Of a stretch of DNA of 42,633 nucleotides, positions 32,768 through 41,975 are shown one piece after another. Location of the stretch: contig CALFHQ010000853.1 of the NCBI GenBank assembly GCA_937876385.1, positions 1 through 42,633 on the forward strand, in the 5' to 3' direction. Source of the DNA: an uncultured Pseudomonadota bacterium (GTDB taxonomy: Bacteria; Myxococcota_A; UBA9042; CAIXZC01). The stretch's first letter is position 1; the number at the start of each line of letters is the position of its first letter. The position numbers and the translations under genes are program-made. The notes under the pieces are model-generated. The model did not search any database, had not been told where the DNA came from, and was given only the letters and a program-made list of their open reading frames with translations.

Positions 32768-35341
32768 ATGTTGAGAAGATGGTCTATTTGGGCATTGTTT
32801 CTGGTCGGGTTGGTTGCATGCTCGGGGGAGAATCACAACGACTCGAAGGATATCGTCACCGATCTCTCTGGTAGCGACACGATGCTGGATGTCGCCCTGG
32901 ATGGGGCTGATGGTGTGGAGTCAGACGTGACGGAAGACGTTGCCGGGGTGGATCTCCCCCTGGAAGAGCCGTCCCTTCTTTGGCCCGACGAGTTCGTTCC
33001 TCCCCCGGAGACTTCCCAGTTCGTGACCGACAATCCCTGGCTATCGAACTTCTCGCTGTGGTCCTTTGCCTTGAACCCCGGGGACAAGGACCTCTCTTTT
33101 CGGGATTTGCCCGATCTGGCCACGGGAAATGGAAGAGTCTTCTCACTGATGGGTTACGCTTTTCCGATGAACACCCTTCACTCCATGATCGGCCCCACCT
33201 ACGAGAAGGGTGATGGGTTCTTTGGAGACAGTTGGCTTGAGATCACTCGTGGGGTAGGAGGCTCGGTGCTGGGCTGGCAGAAGCAGTGGCTCGGGCGAGT
33301 TCGGCAGGGCCCCTTTGTGGTGACGCAATTCGTGAACCCCGTGGTGTCCTTTCACACAATCGATTTCGCCCCCCTTACTACCGACAGAGGATCGCCGCTG
33401 ATGAGAGCGCTGCTTCGGGTGGTGGTGGTACGAAACACCAGCGCCGACGTGCAATCTGATCTCGTCTTGCGGGTGGGCTTTGACCGCGCTCAGGAAGTGG
33501 TTGGTCAGTCGGTGCTGGAGACTCGTACCGGCAAAGAGCGAGTCGTCACATGGATTGGAGCAGGAGCGATGGATGCCATCGCCCAGACCGATTCCCTGCT
33601 TCTTCCGGTAGCCGATCTTCCTTCGGGAGAGGAGCGAGTCTACCTCTTGGCCTACGTCATGGATGACGCTGCTGACCAATCGGAAGCTACCCTGGAGGCC
33701 TTGGGCGACGGGAGCGCGCTTGTGTCGTTGATGGAGGAGACCCGAGATGAGTGGGTCGACCAGTTGGCACCGGGTGCGGTCATTGAAACCCCCGACCCCC
33801 GAGTGAATGACTATCTGGAGGGGGCCAAAGTGATCATCCTCCAGCAGCAGGCGAACACTGGCGCGACATGCCCCATGTCTCAGTACACCGGCATCTGGCT
33901 GCGAGACACGGCAGGCCCGGTTCGCTTTTTCTCTCGGTGTGGACTCCTTGAGAAGGCTCGTGCCATGATCGACTACCAGTGGAATGCGGCCAACTTCTAC
34001 CAGGGGATTCAGAACTCCACCGAAGCTGATCTGGCCTTTGACCCCCTGCCGGAGGTCGCCGACTGGAACGGCATGGCGGGAATGTCCGGGAGGTCCAAGG
34101 CAGAGTCTCCCAGCTACATTCCGATCAACTACTACATCTATTGGAAGGCGTCGGGAGTTTCCGACTGGTTGGAGAAGCGGTTCGATTTTCTCCAGTTTGC
34201 CCTTCGAGGGCAGCAGTTCAACGACGACAAGCTGTTGCCGTTCAGTGGAGACGAGACCTTCCGGACTGCCATGGCGATGGCCACCGGGTATCCGGTAGAC
34301 GAGTCCTTCGAAGAGGGTTTCTTGTCCTCCAACTCCTCTTTTCTGTGGGTGGCAGCGGCCGAGCAGATGGCGCAATTCGCCGGTTTTCTGGGGGATGCCG
34401 AGGGAGAGGCCCACTGGTCCGACGGGGCTGCGGAGGTTCGCCAGGCTGCGGATTCCACCTACCTGGACGAAAACGGGATGTACCGTCCCTACTTCATCGA
34501 GGCGGACGGCTCCCTGGCGGCCGCCGGGTTTGAGGATGTCAACACCAAGCCGACCTGGACGGGCTATCTGGACCCGTTGTCCGAGGCTGCTGCCGCTCAC
34601 CTCGTGGCCACCATCAACAATCTGGGTGGTGAGGATGGGATTCTGGTGTCTCCTCTTCCCGATGCGTACAAGAATTACATGGGATTGCCGGTGGCGGAGG
34701 GGGTGTACACGGGCATGTCTCCGGGGTACTTCCTGGCCAACTTGGCGCTGGCTTTCCACCCCGTGGGAACCCTTGCTTTCAACGCCCTGGAGAAGCACTT
34801 GACGGCCACGGGAACGACTCCGGAATACGAGATTCTGGACAACTTCACCCCCTTGCAGATCATCTACGACCCCACCGGTGGCGTTGGGGACTACACCGCC
34901 CGCTACCGTCCCTGGGAAGGGGGGATTCTGGCGGATGCCGCTTGGGAGTTCCTGTTGGGTTTCCGCCCCGACGCCCCTGCCGGACGATTCAAGCTGTCCC
35001 CCTACCTGCCCAACGGTTGGAGTTGGCTTAATGCGAAGGGGCTTCGCATCGGAGAGGCTCGGGTAGATCTGTCCATCGAGGTGCGGGACACCGAGTATTT
35101 GATTGTCCTTGAGTCGGACTCCACCGATGTTGTCGAACTGGACCTTCGTGTTCCCTTTGTTCCTGATGGTCAAGGCCCTGTGAATGGACGGATGATCTTT
35201 GCCCCGGGCATCTCTGCTACGGTGAATGGAGAGGCTGTTGATTTGGATGTGGAGACTTTGAATTGGGGAACCCAGCTTGTTTCGCTGCCCATGTTGGAGC
35301 TTGCGTCGGGGGTTCCCGTTGAGATCGTGTTGACTCGCTGA
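32768..35341 (+). CDS. Lipoprotein with a putative (alpha/alpha)6 six-hairpin glycosidase-like domain (GH15/debranching-enzyme-like).
   Basis: The lipobox is 'LVGLVAC'. 'QYTGIWLRDTAGP' resembles the W-x-R-D segment of GH15/GDE-type catalytic domains. It is a long coding-like ORF. The family assignment is tentative. Confidence 0.55.
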   Translation: MLRRWSIWALFLVGLVACSGENHNDSKDIVTDLSGSDTMLDVALDGADGVESDVTEDVAGVDLPLEEPSLLWPDEFVPPPETSQFVTDNPWLSNFSLWSFALNPGDKDLSFRDLPDLATGNGRVFSLMGYAFPMNTLHSMIGPTYEKGDGFFGDSWLEITRGVGGSVLGWQKQWLGRVRQGPFVVTQFVNPVVSFHTIDFAPLTTDRGSPLMRALLRVVVVRNTSADVQSDLVLRVGFDRAQEVVGQSVLETRTGKERVVTWIGAGAMDAIAQTDSLLLPVADLPSGEERVYLLAYVMDDAADQSEATLEALGDGSALVSLMEETRDEWVDQLAPGAVIETPDPRVNDYLEGAKVIILQQQANTGATCPMSQYTGIWLRDTAGPVRFFSRCGLLEKARAMIDYQWNAANFYQGIQNSTEADLAFDPLPEVADWNGMAGMSGRSKAESPSYIPINYYIYWKASGVSDWLEKRFDFLQFALRGQQFNDDKLLPFSGDETFRTAMAMATGYPVDESFEEGFLSSNSSFLWVAAAEQMAQFAGFLGDAEGEAHWSDGAAEVRQAADSTYLDENGMYRPYFIEADGSLAAAGFEDVNTKPTWTGYLDPLSEAAAAHLVATINNLGGEDGILVSPLPDAYKNYMGLPVAEGVYTGMSPGYFLANLALAFHPVGTLAFNALEKHLTATGTTPEYEILDNFTPLQIIYDPTGGVGDYTARYRPWEGGILADAAWEFLLGFRPDAPAGRFKLSPYLPNGWSWLNAKGLRIGEARVDLSIEVRDTEYLIVLESDSTDVVELDLRVPFVPDGQGPVNGRMIFAPGISATVNGEAVDLDVETLNWGTQLVSLPMLELASGVPVEIVLTR

Positions 35342-35344
35342 TTT

Positions 35345-37843
35345 CTACCGAACGACTCGGGTCGTCTTCCCGGGTTCGACCTCTACGTCTACTGCTTCCA
35401 CCTTCCCCATTTGCCGAAACTCCAGCAGGTGTTTCCCTGCCTTGACTCGCAACGTCACTGGAGTGTCCCCTTTGTGTTCGCCGTCGATGTAGACGTCGCC
35501 GTAGGGTTTCTTCTGGGCGAAGATGAAGCCGTACCCTTCCATGGCCGCCTCTTCATTCTGCTTCTTGTTGCCGTTTTTGGAGTGGCGGGTGCGGTCCGGC
35601 TGCAAGTCCACGAGGAGCTTGTTGAGCCCTTCGTGCAGGGTCACCTTCCGGGTTTCTGTTTCGTAGCCCCCTTTGGATACTCGAATGTCCACCACATCTC
35701 CGGCGGTGGCGACGAAGGCAAACAACCGCTGTTTCGGCCCCGACCGACGCAGGGTTCGGCCGTTGATTTCCACTCGAGCCTTCTGCGGTGAGACGCGAAG
35801 CTCCACTTCGGCTCGGCGGCGAAGTTGCAGTTTGACTGTGGCTCCTTCCTGGACTTCGATGTTTTGGTCCAGCGCCATGTATTCGGCTCGACGGCCTTGC
35901 ACGGAGACGAGGTCCCCGGGCTTTGCACCGGGAAGAAGTACTTTCCCCGGCTTGCGCTTTTTCCCGGCGACTCGAAGTACGGCGTCTTTCGGGGAGATCT
36001 CGAAGAACATGGAGATCCCATCTGCTGTGGCCTCTTCTTTTGGATCTTTCTTTTCGAGGAGACGTTCGTGCTGGGAGAGAATCGCGGGCTCCTCTTCTTC
36101 AGCGGTTGAATCGGTGGGGGTCGGGGGAATGGTCACGATCTCCGGTGGGTGATGTTCTTCTGTCTTTGTGGGTGGGGTGGGTTCTGCCACTGGAAGGAAC
36201 TCGATGGTGTCGTCATCGCCCACTTGGGCAACGAAGTCCAGATCCTCGACTGCGGCATCCGGCGTAACGGCGACCGGTTCATCGTCCTCTTCCATTTCTT
36301 CGTCGTCGTCCACCAAGAGCCCTTCGACCCGTTGGGGTTGCGACGAAGCGTCTGGGTTGTCTGGGGAGGTTGCCACTGCCTCGACATCGTGATTTTCCGG
36401 CTTCTTCGGGGCGTAGAGGGGGCGTTCCCCGTTGCCGTCATTATCCTTTTCGGTTTGTTCACTGGGGCCCGATTCGTGTTTGGCGTCGGCTGTCAGGGTA
36501 GGGCTCTTGCTGGGATTCTTGTCTTGCAACAATCGGCTTGTCAGGGTCACACCGAACGCCACGGCAATGACGATGAGCAGCACACCCAGGGCAATGCTGG
36601 CGATTTTTCTTGTTCTGGCCACCTTCTCCTTTGGGTCGAAGGTAGCGATGGGCCCTGAGGGGGCTTGTGTCATGGGGGTTGTGAGGACGAATTCCGGAAC
36701 CGTGTCCTCCACAGGCTTGGCCCGGGTAGCGTCCATGTCGCTCACCGCCTGGGGGCTACCTCCCCCTTTGGTCACCGGCGGCTCTCGTCTTTGAGGAGGA
36801 CGGAGGGGATCAGGGAGTTCGTCTCCCAGGACGCTGTCGAGATCAGCATTTCCCTGCGGTGGTGCCAGGGCCATCTCTTCTTCTGAGAGGTCGAGGTGTT
36901 CTCCTTGCCACAGCTTCTCCATGTCTTCCGGGAAGAGGTCGTAGAGGAGGCGGGAGACCTTGTCGATGTCTGGATAGCTCCCGGTTTTCACGAGAAACTC
37001 GGTGAGATCTTCGTAGAACGCAAGCATTGTGGGGTAGCGATCTTCCCGTTCTCGTTGCAGGGCTCTCAGGACGATGGGGGAGAGCTTTTGAGGAACCTCG
37101 GCGTTCACGGTGTGCGGTGGCGGGACGCGGGTTTTCAGCAGTTTGGTGACTGTTTCGGCGTCATTTTCCCCTCGAAAGAGGCGTTGGCCGGTGAGCATCT
37201 CCCACAGGACGACTCCCAGGGAGAAGATGTCGCTACGGTGGTCGATGGGTCGTCCCAGAGCTTGTTCCGGGGACATGTAGCCGAATTTTCCTTTGACGGT
37301 TCCCACCTGGGTGTTGGCGGATCGCTTTGATGCTCGGGCGATACCGAAGTCCACCAATTTCACCCCTCCATCGTGGCTTACCATGATGTTCTGGGGGCTG
37401 ACGTCCCGGTGGACGATGTTCAGAGGGCGGCTTGATTCCCGTCGGGTATGGACATAATAGAGCCCCTTTGCGACCTCCAGGGCGATGAAGCTGGCGATTG
37501 GATAGGGCAATGCCTGGCCTCTCTCCGCCAGGCTCCCCAGGATGTTTCTGAGGTCCTTTCCCTCCACGAATTCCATCGCAATATAGGGGGTGTCGTCGAT
37601 GACGTCGAATTCATAAATCTGTGCGATGTTGGCGTGGTTCAATCGAGCGGCAATGGAGGCTTCGTCGATGAACATCCGTCGAAAGTCTGCATCATCGGCA
37701 TAGGACGGCAGGATCTTCTTGATGGCCACGACTCGCTTGAATCCGTCGGGTCCTCGGGAGACTCCCCGGAAGACCTCAGCCATGCCTCCGGTGGTGAGCT
37801 TTTCGAGGAGCGTGTATCGTCCAAATTGGCGGGGAAGATCCAT
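35345..37843 (-). CDS. Ser/Thr protein kinase (Hanks type) with one TM segment, an acidic linker and three extracytoplasmic PEGA-like repeats.
   Basis: The kinase motifs are 'GGMAEVF', 'VAIKKI', 'HRDVSPQNIM', 'DFGIA' and 'GYMSPEQ'. The TM segment is 'IALGVLLIVIAVAFGVTL'. The PEGA-like segments include 'VSPQKARVEINGR' and 'YGDVYIDGEHKGDTPVTLRV'. I prefer ATG 37843; the track gives a TTG at 37852. Confidence 0.9.
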   Translation of the reverse strand: MDLPRQFGRYTLLEKLTTGGMAEVFRGVSRGPDGFKRVVAIKKILPSYADDADFRRMFIDEASIAARLNHANIAQIYEFDVIDDTPYIAMEFVEGKDLRNILGSLAERGQALPYPIASFIALEVAKGLYYVHTRRESSRPLNIVHRDVSPQNIMVSHDGGVKLVDFGIARASKRSANTQVGTVKGKFGYMSPEQALGRPIDHRSDIFSLGVVLWEMLTGQRLFRGENDAETVTKLLKTRVPPPHTVNAEVPQKLSPIVLRALQREREDRYPTMLAFYEDLTEFLVKTGSYPDIDKVSRLLYDLFPEDMEKLWQGEHLDLSEEEMALAPPQGNADLDSVLGDELPDPLRPPQRREPPVTKGGGSPQAVSDMDATRAKPVEDTVPEFVLTTPMTQAPSGPIATFDPKEKVARTRKIASIALGVLLIVIAVAFGVTLTSRLLQDKNPSKSPTLTADAKHESGPSEQTEKDNDGNGERPLYAPKKPENHDVEAVATSPDNPDASSQPQRVEGLLVDDDEEMEEDDEPVAVTPDAAVEDLDFVAQVGDDDTIEFLPVAEPTPPTKTEEHHPPEIVTIPPTPTDSTAEEEEPAILSQHERLLEKKDPKEEATADGISMFFEISPKDAVLRVAGKKRKPGKVLLPGAKPGDLVSVQGRRAEYMALDQNIEVQEGATVKLQLRRRAEVELRVSPQKARVEINGRTLRRSGPKQRLFAFVATAGDVVDIRVSKGGYETETRKVTLHEGLNKLLVDLQPDRTRHSKNGNKKQNEEAAMEGYGFIFAQKKPYGDVYIDGEHKGDTPVTLRVKAGKHLLEFRQMGKVEAVDVEVEPGKTTRVVR

Positions 37844-37848
37844 TGGGT

Positions 37849-40233
37849 TCAAGGCTCCTGGGGTTGCAGGATCATCATCTGGAACCCGTTGAGTTGCACG
37901 GTGGCTTCATTTCCAGAGAAGGCCACCACCGAATCAGAGAGGAGATCGTTCCAATCTCCCTCAGCCGATACGGTCCCTGCCGAGAAGGTGAGGGACGTGG
38001 CTTGGGAGCTTCGGTTTGCGACGACGACAACCTTCTGGTCCCCGTCGATTCGGGCGAAGGCGAGGGCGTCTGCCTGGGTTTCCAGGGGGACAAAGCTCCC
38101 TCGGCGCAGGGCGGAGAGGTCCCGGCGAGCTTGTCCCGCCACTTTAACGAAGTTGAGGGTTTCGTCCTGGAGGGACGAGAGCCCCTCGAAGACCATGGGT
38201 CGTCGGTTGTCGGGGTCACCGGCTCCGGCCAGTGCGATTTCATCCCCGTAGTAGATCATGGGAATCTCGGGGAGGGTCATGGTAAGCCCGAGGGCGAGTT
38301 GAGTCTTGCGGTAGGGAGCGTCGGTGGTGGGTTGCGCTGGAGGGTTGTTGAGTCCTTGTTCCTGGGAGCCGTTGCCCCATTGGTCGGCGATGTCTCCGTT
38401 GGCGTGTGAGGCAAAGCGGGGTACGTCGTGGTTGCCGATGAACCCGACCATGAGGTTCCCCTCTCCCCAGTAAGCCTGACTTGTCTGCACGTAGTCCACC
38501 AGTTCGGTGAAATCGCCGGCGTCACGACCGGCAATTCGAAGGATCTTCCAGTAGTAGGGGAAGTCGAACTGTGCGTTGAGTTCCCAGGGGCCGATGTACT
38601 CTTTGATGATTCCCTGGGAGGAGCTTGCCGAACCGTCCCCCCACTCTCCGGTGAAGGTTTCTCCCACCATGTAGAATGGAATGGAGCTGTCTGACTCGAT
38701 GTATCGGGCGATTTTCCAACGCAGAGTTCTCAGGAAGGCGTGACGCATGTGCTTGACTGCGTCGACTCGAAAGCCGTCGATTCCCGAGGCTCGAATCCAG
38801 AACAGCGCGTTCTCGGTCATCCACTCCACGACGGCGTCGTTGGCGTAGCTCAGGTCGGGGAGGTACTGCTCGAACCAGCACTCGATGGGTTTGTCCCAGT
38901 TGGGTTTGCACGGATAGGACTCGTGGAACCAGCCGTCTGAGCCGTGCTCCTGCCAGATTTCGTTGTCGGAGTATACGTGGTTCGCCACGAAATCGACGAT
39001 GACGCGGATCCCTCGGTCGTGGGCAGCGTTGACGAGACTGATGAGGTCGGTCATGGTGCCGAAATGTTCTTCGGTTGTGTAGTTGTTCGAGGGGAAGTAG
39101 CCGTGATAGGCGGAATACTGCACGCCGTCCAGGTTGCCTCCGACGCATCCGTTTGGATTGTCAACGGTGGGGCTGATCCACAGCACGTTGACTCCCAGTT
39201 GTTCGAAGTACCCTTCCTCGACCTTGTCCTGGATCCCTTTGAAGTCGCCGCCGACCCAATCGACGAGAGGCTGAGAGCAGCCCTGGGGCGCGTCGTTTGT
39301 GCTGTCCCCGTTGGAGAAGCGGTCGGTGAAGGCAAAATAGATCACCGAGTCGTGCCAGGTCCAACTGCCTTCATCCAGCCACAGTGGGACGAAGAGGGGG
39401 GCAGATGAGCCGAATTCGTTGTCGATGGTGAACAGGAGGGACACTTTGGAGCCTTCTGGGAGGCCCGACATCTCCACCTGGAAGGTGCCTGTGTCTGCCT
39501 TAAACCAGGCCGGTCCGGTGGATTCTCCGTTGACGAAGACCTCTGCCGTGGCTGGGAGGACGCCGGTGCTGTCGGCGTTGTTGTATACGTCCACGGTGAC
39601 GGACAGCCCGGTTTTCGAGATTTCCTTGTCGGCGACTCGAAGTTCGGGGACTCGGCAGTCGGGGACCAACAGCTTCGAGTTCTCGATGTCGTCAACGATC
39701 ACGGTCATGGGGTTGCTGGAGTCTGCGTACCAGTTGTCACCGGCGGTGTGGAACTTGTAGGCGTGGGATCCTGGAGTGAGGGAGGAGAGGTCGAGATCGA
39801 TGGACCATGTACCGTTGCCGTCGTCGGTGAGGGGAAGCTGTCCGTCGGCCCATTGGGTGAAGTCCCCTGCGACGAACACCGCAGTTCCATCGGAGGATGC
39901 GGTGGTCAGCCGTGCGGTGCATTCCCGCACGTTCTCCACGACCACGGTCTGGTCATCGCTATAGTCGGTTGGCGGCAACTCGGTGTGGTTCCCGTCTTCA
40001 GAGCCGTCCTCTGGCGTGAACTCATCGTCGATGGCATCCCCGGGAGTCACTTCGAGGTGAACGTCGATGGGTGGGGTGGTGGTGTCTCCCGCCCAGTTGT
40101 CGATGGTGGCCAAATCGGGATTGCTTCCGTGGTAGTCGTACTCCTCGGGTTGAGATGAGCAGGACACGAGGAGGGCCGCCAGTGCGACCAGCAAAGAAGC
40201 GAAGACTGTGTTCTGGTTGGGCAAGAAAGCCAT
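37849..40233 (-). CDS. GH13 alpha-amylase-family lipoprotein with an N-terminal CBM48/AMPK-beta-like glycogen-binding module.
   Basis: The lipobox is 'LLVSC'. The CBM-like segment is 'VFVAGDFTQWADGQLPLTDDGNGTWS'. The four GH13 regions are 'VIVDFVANHV', 'GIDGFRVDAVKHM', 'MVGETF' and 'FIGNHDVPRF'. Confidence 0.9.
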   Translation of the reverse strand: MAFLPNQNTVFASLLVALAALLVSCSSQPEEYDYHGSNPDLATIDNWAGDTTTPPIDVHLEVTPGDAIDDEFTPEDGSEDGNHTELPPTDYSDDQTVVVENVRECTARLTTASSDGTAVFVAGDFTQWADGQLPLTDDGNGTWSIDLDLSSLTPGSHAYKFHTAGDNWYADSSNPMTVIVDDIENSKLLVPDCRVPELRVADKEISKTGLSVTVDVYNNADSTGVLPATAEVFVNGESTGPAWFKADTGTFQVEMSGLPEGSKVSLLFTIDNEFGSSAPLFVPLWLDEGSWTWHDSVIYFAFTDRFSNGDSTNDAPQGCSQPLVDWVGGDFKGIQDKVEEGYFEQLGVNVLWISPTVDNPNGCVGGNLDGVQYSAYHGYFPSNNYTTEEHFGTMTDLISLVNAAHDRGIRVIVDFVANHVYSDNEIWQEHGSDGWFHESYPCKPNWDKPIECWFEQYLPDLSYANDAVVEWMTENALFWIRASGIDGFRVDAVKHMRHAFLRTLRWKIARYIESDSSIPFYMVGETFTGEWGDGSASSSQGIIKEYIGPWELNAQFDFPYYWKILRIAGRDAGDFTELVDYVQTSQAYWGEGNLMVGFIGNHDVPRFASHANGDIADQWGNGSQEQGLNNPPAQPTTDAPYRKTQLALGLTMTLPEIPMIYYGDEIALAGAGDPDNRRPMVFEGLSSLQDETLNFVKVAGQARRDLSALRRGSFVPLETQADALAFARIDGDQKVVVVANRSSQATSLTFSAGTVSAEGDWNDLLSDSVVAFSGNEATVQLNGFQMMILQPQEP

Positions 40234-40299
40234 TGTATCATCCCTTATCGAAGGAGCATCACCGGGCAGAAGGGACCGGTGCCGCTGCTGCGTCTCTTC

Positions 40300-40815
40300 C
40301 TATTCCTGTTCCCGAGGTTCCTGCTTCGAGGAATCCGGGGTCTCGGCCACTGGTTCAGGTTCCCCCTTCTGTTGGGCGGGTGCCTTCTTGGGGGTCTCGG
40401 TCTTTCGAGGGAGGACCAGCAGGAGGACCATCATGCCCAGCAGGCCGATGCCCAGCAGCCCCACGGATGCCCAGACGATGGGGAGGGCATCCCGAGTTTT
40501 CAGCTCTCCGGCCACCACCAGTGGGGTTTCTGGAATGACCTGGGCGAGAATGGTGAGCCAGAATACGGCAAGGACGGCGAACACGAGGAAGTGCGTGAAA
40601 CCGGCGAACCGTCTGCGACTTTGCAGTGCTCTGACGGCCAACAGGGCGTAAGTGAACATCAAGGCCCACATGGCCAGATGCATGTACCAGTCGGGGACAG
40701 CGGCGCCGAAGACTGCGGCAACCTCAATGACTCCGGCGGCAGCGATGGCACCAAGTGCTCCAACCACCCAAGCTACACGATATCGGGCCCAACGAGTCAA
40801 CACAGATTCCGACAT
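40300..40815 (-). CDS. Small integral membrane protein (4-5 TM) with a Lys/Pro/Glu-rich C-terminal tail. Function unknown.
   Basis: The SD AGGAGG lies upstream of ATG 40815. Hydrophobic helices run throughout. It is on the same strand as the amylase gene and 66 nt upstream of it. Confidence 0.6.
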   Translation of the reverse strand: MSESVLTRWARYRVAWVVGALGAIAAAGVIEVAAVFGAAVPDWYMHLAMWALMFTYALLAVRALQSRRRFAGFTHFLVFAVLAVFWLTILAQVIPETPLVVAGELKTRDALPIVWASVGLLGIGLLGMMVLLLVLPRKTETPKKAPAQQKGEPEPVAETPDSSKQEPREQE

Positions 40816-41023
40816 GGTCTCTCCTCCTAAATACCCGGTGGTCTGGAGTCACGATCCCATCCAGCGCGGGTGGAGACATGATAGCCCAAGGCTTTTTCAA
40901 AGGCAAAGAAGACACCTGGGTGCGCATGGAAGCAATTTGGACGTTTAAGATAATAGGTAGAGGGGCTGTTGGGGCGATTTGCGTTTCCATGTGACCAACT
41001 TCCGGTTGGCAAAGGAGTTTCCA

Positions 41024-41680
41024 ATGATGTTGTGGCCTTCGAATCTGTTGAGTGTTGCGACTCGTGTCGTTGCTCCGTCCCGTTGTTTGGGGTGTTCCAT
41101 CTTGTTGGACGATGGCGCACTCTTTTGTGCTTCGTGCAGGGAATGGGTGGAGGAGTTGCCGTCGGTTTGGACCCTGGGAGTGCCGCGTCCTCTGGTTACG
41201 CTGCACGTGGGTTTTGAATATGCGGGGGTTGTGAAGGATGCGATGTTGGATTTGAAACACGGGGGGCGCACCGCCGTCGGCGTTCGTCTCGGAGAGTACC
41301 TTGCGCGCCGGGTTCCTCCTCGCCCGGGGATCGTTGTTCCGGTGCCTCTGCATCCGTCGAGGTTGCGGGTGCGAGGGTACAACCAGTCCCTGTGGATCGC
41401 CCGAGGTCTGAACCGGGTTCGTCCAGACCTGACGATTTGCAATGCCCTGCGCCGGGAGGGGAAGGCTTCGAGTCAGAAGGGGCACGGGCGGATTCAGCGA
41501 CGTGAGGCTGTATCGGAGGTCTTTTCCCCTACTCGCTTGGCTTCTCGGGTTGCGGGTCAGGATGTCTGGTTGGTGGACGATGTCTGGGTTACCGGAGCGA
41601 CCCTCTCTGCGTGCGCCGTAGCGTTGGAAAGAGCAGGCGCCAGGCGGCTGAGAGGGCTGGTAGCGGCGGAGGTCACTTGA
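41024..41680 (+). CDS. comF: ComF-family protein with an N-terminal double zinc ribbon and a phosphoribosyltransferase fold.
   Basis: The zinc-ribbon cysteines are 'CLGC...CASC'. The PRT motif is 'VWLVDDVWVTGATL'. AAGGAG lies 7 nt upstream of ATG 41024; the track ORF starts at 40979. Confidence 0.8.
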   Translation: MMLWPSNLLSVATRVVAPSRCLGCSILLDDGALFCASCREWVEELPSVWTLGVPRPLVTLHVGFEYAGVVKDAMLDLKHGGRTAVGVRLGEYLARRVPPRPGIVVPVPLHPSRLRVRGYNQSLWIARGLNRVRPDLTICNALRREGKASSQKGHGRIQRREAVSEVFSPTRLASRVAGQDVWLVDDVWVTGATLSACAVALERAGARRLRGLVAAEVT

Positions 41681-41975
41681 GTGTTGGGTTTTCGCAAACA
41701 GTCGGATTTCGGTTGACTTCTCAATGAGGGCTACAACATGATAGGTCCGCAATGAGCGAGTCCACTTTGTGGAGGTCGCTTAGACATGGGTTCATTTGTT
41801 GTCTTCGGGCAGCAGTCAAGCGAGGTCCCCAATGTCCTGCAGGCGTTTCTGGTTGTACTGTTGCAAGCCTGCCGGTTTCACCCTCGGTCCGTCGGTAGCT
41901 GGCGTCCCCTTGCTGGTTCGATGTGGCTGGTGCAACCGATTCTCCTTCATTCCTTTTGCCCATGGAGCTTGAAAG

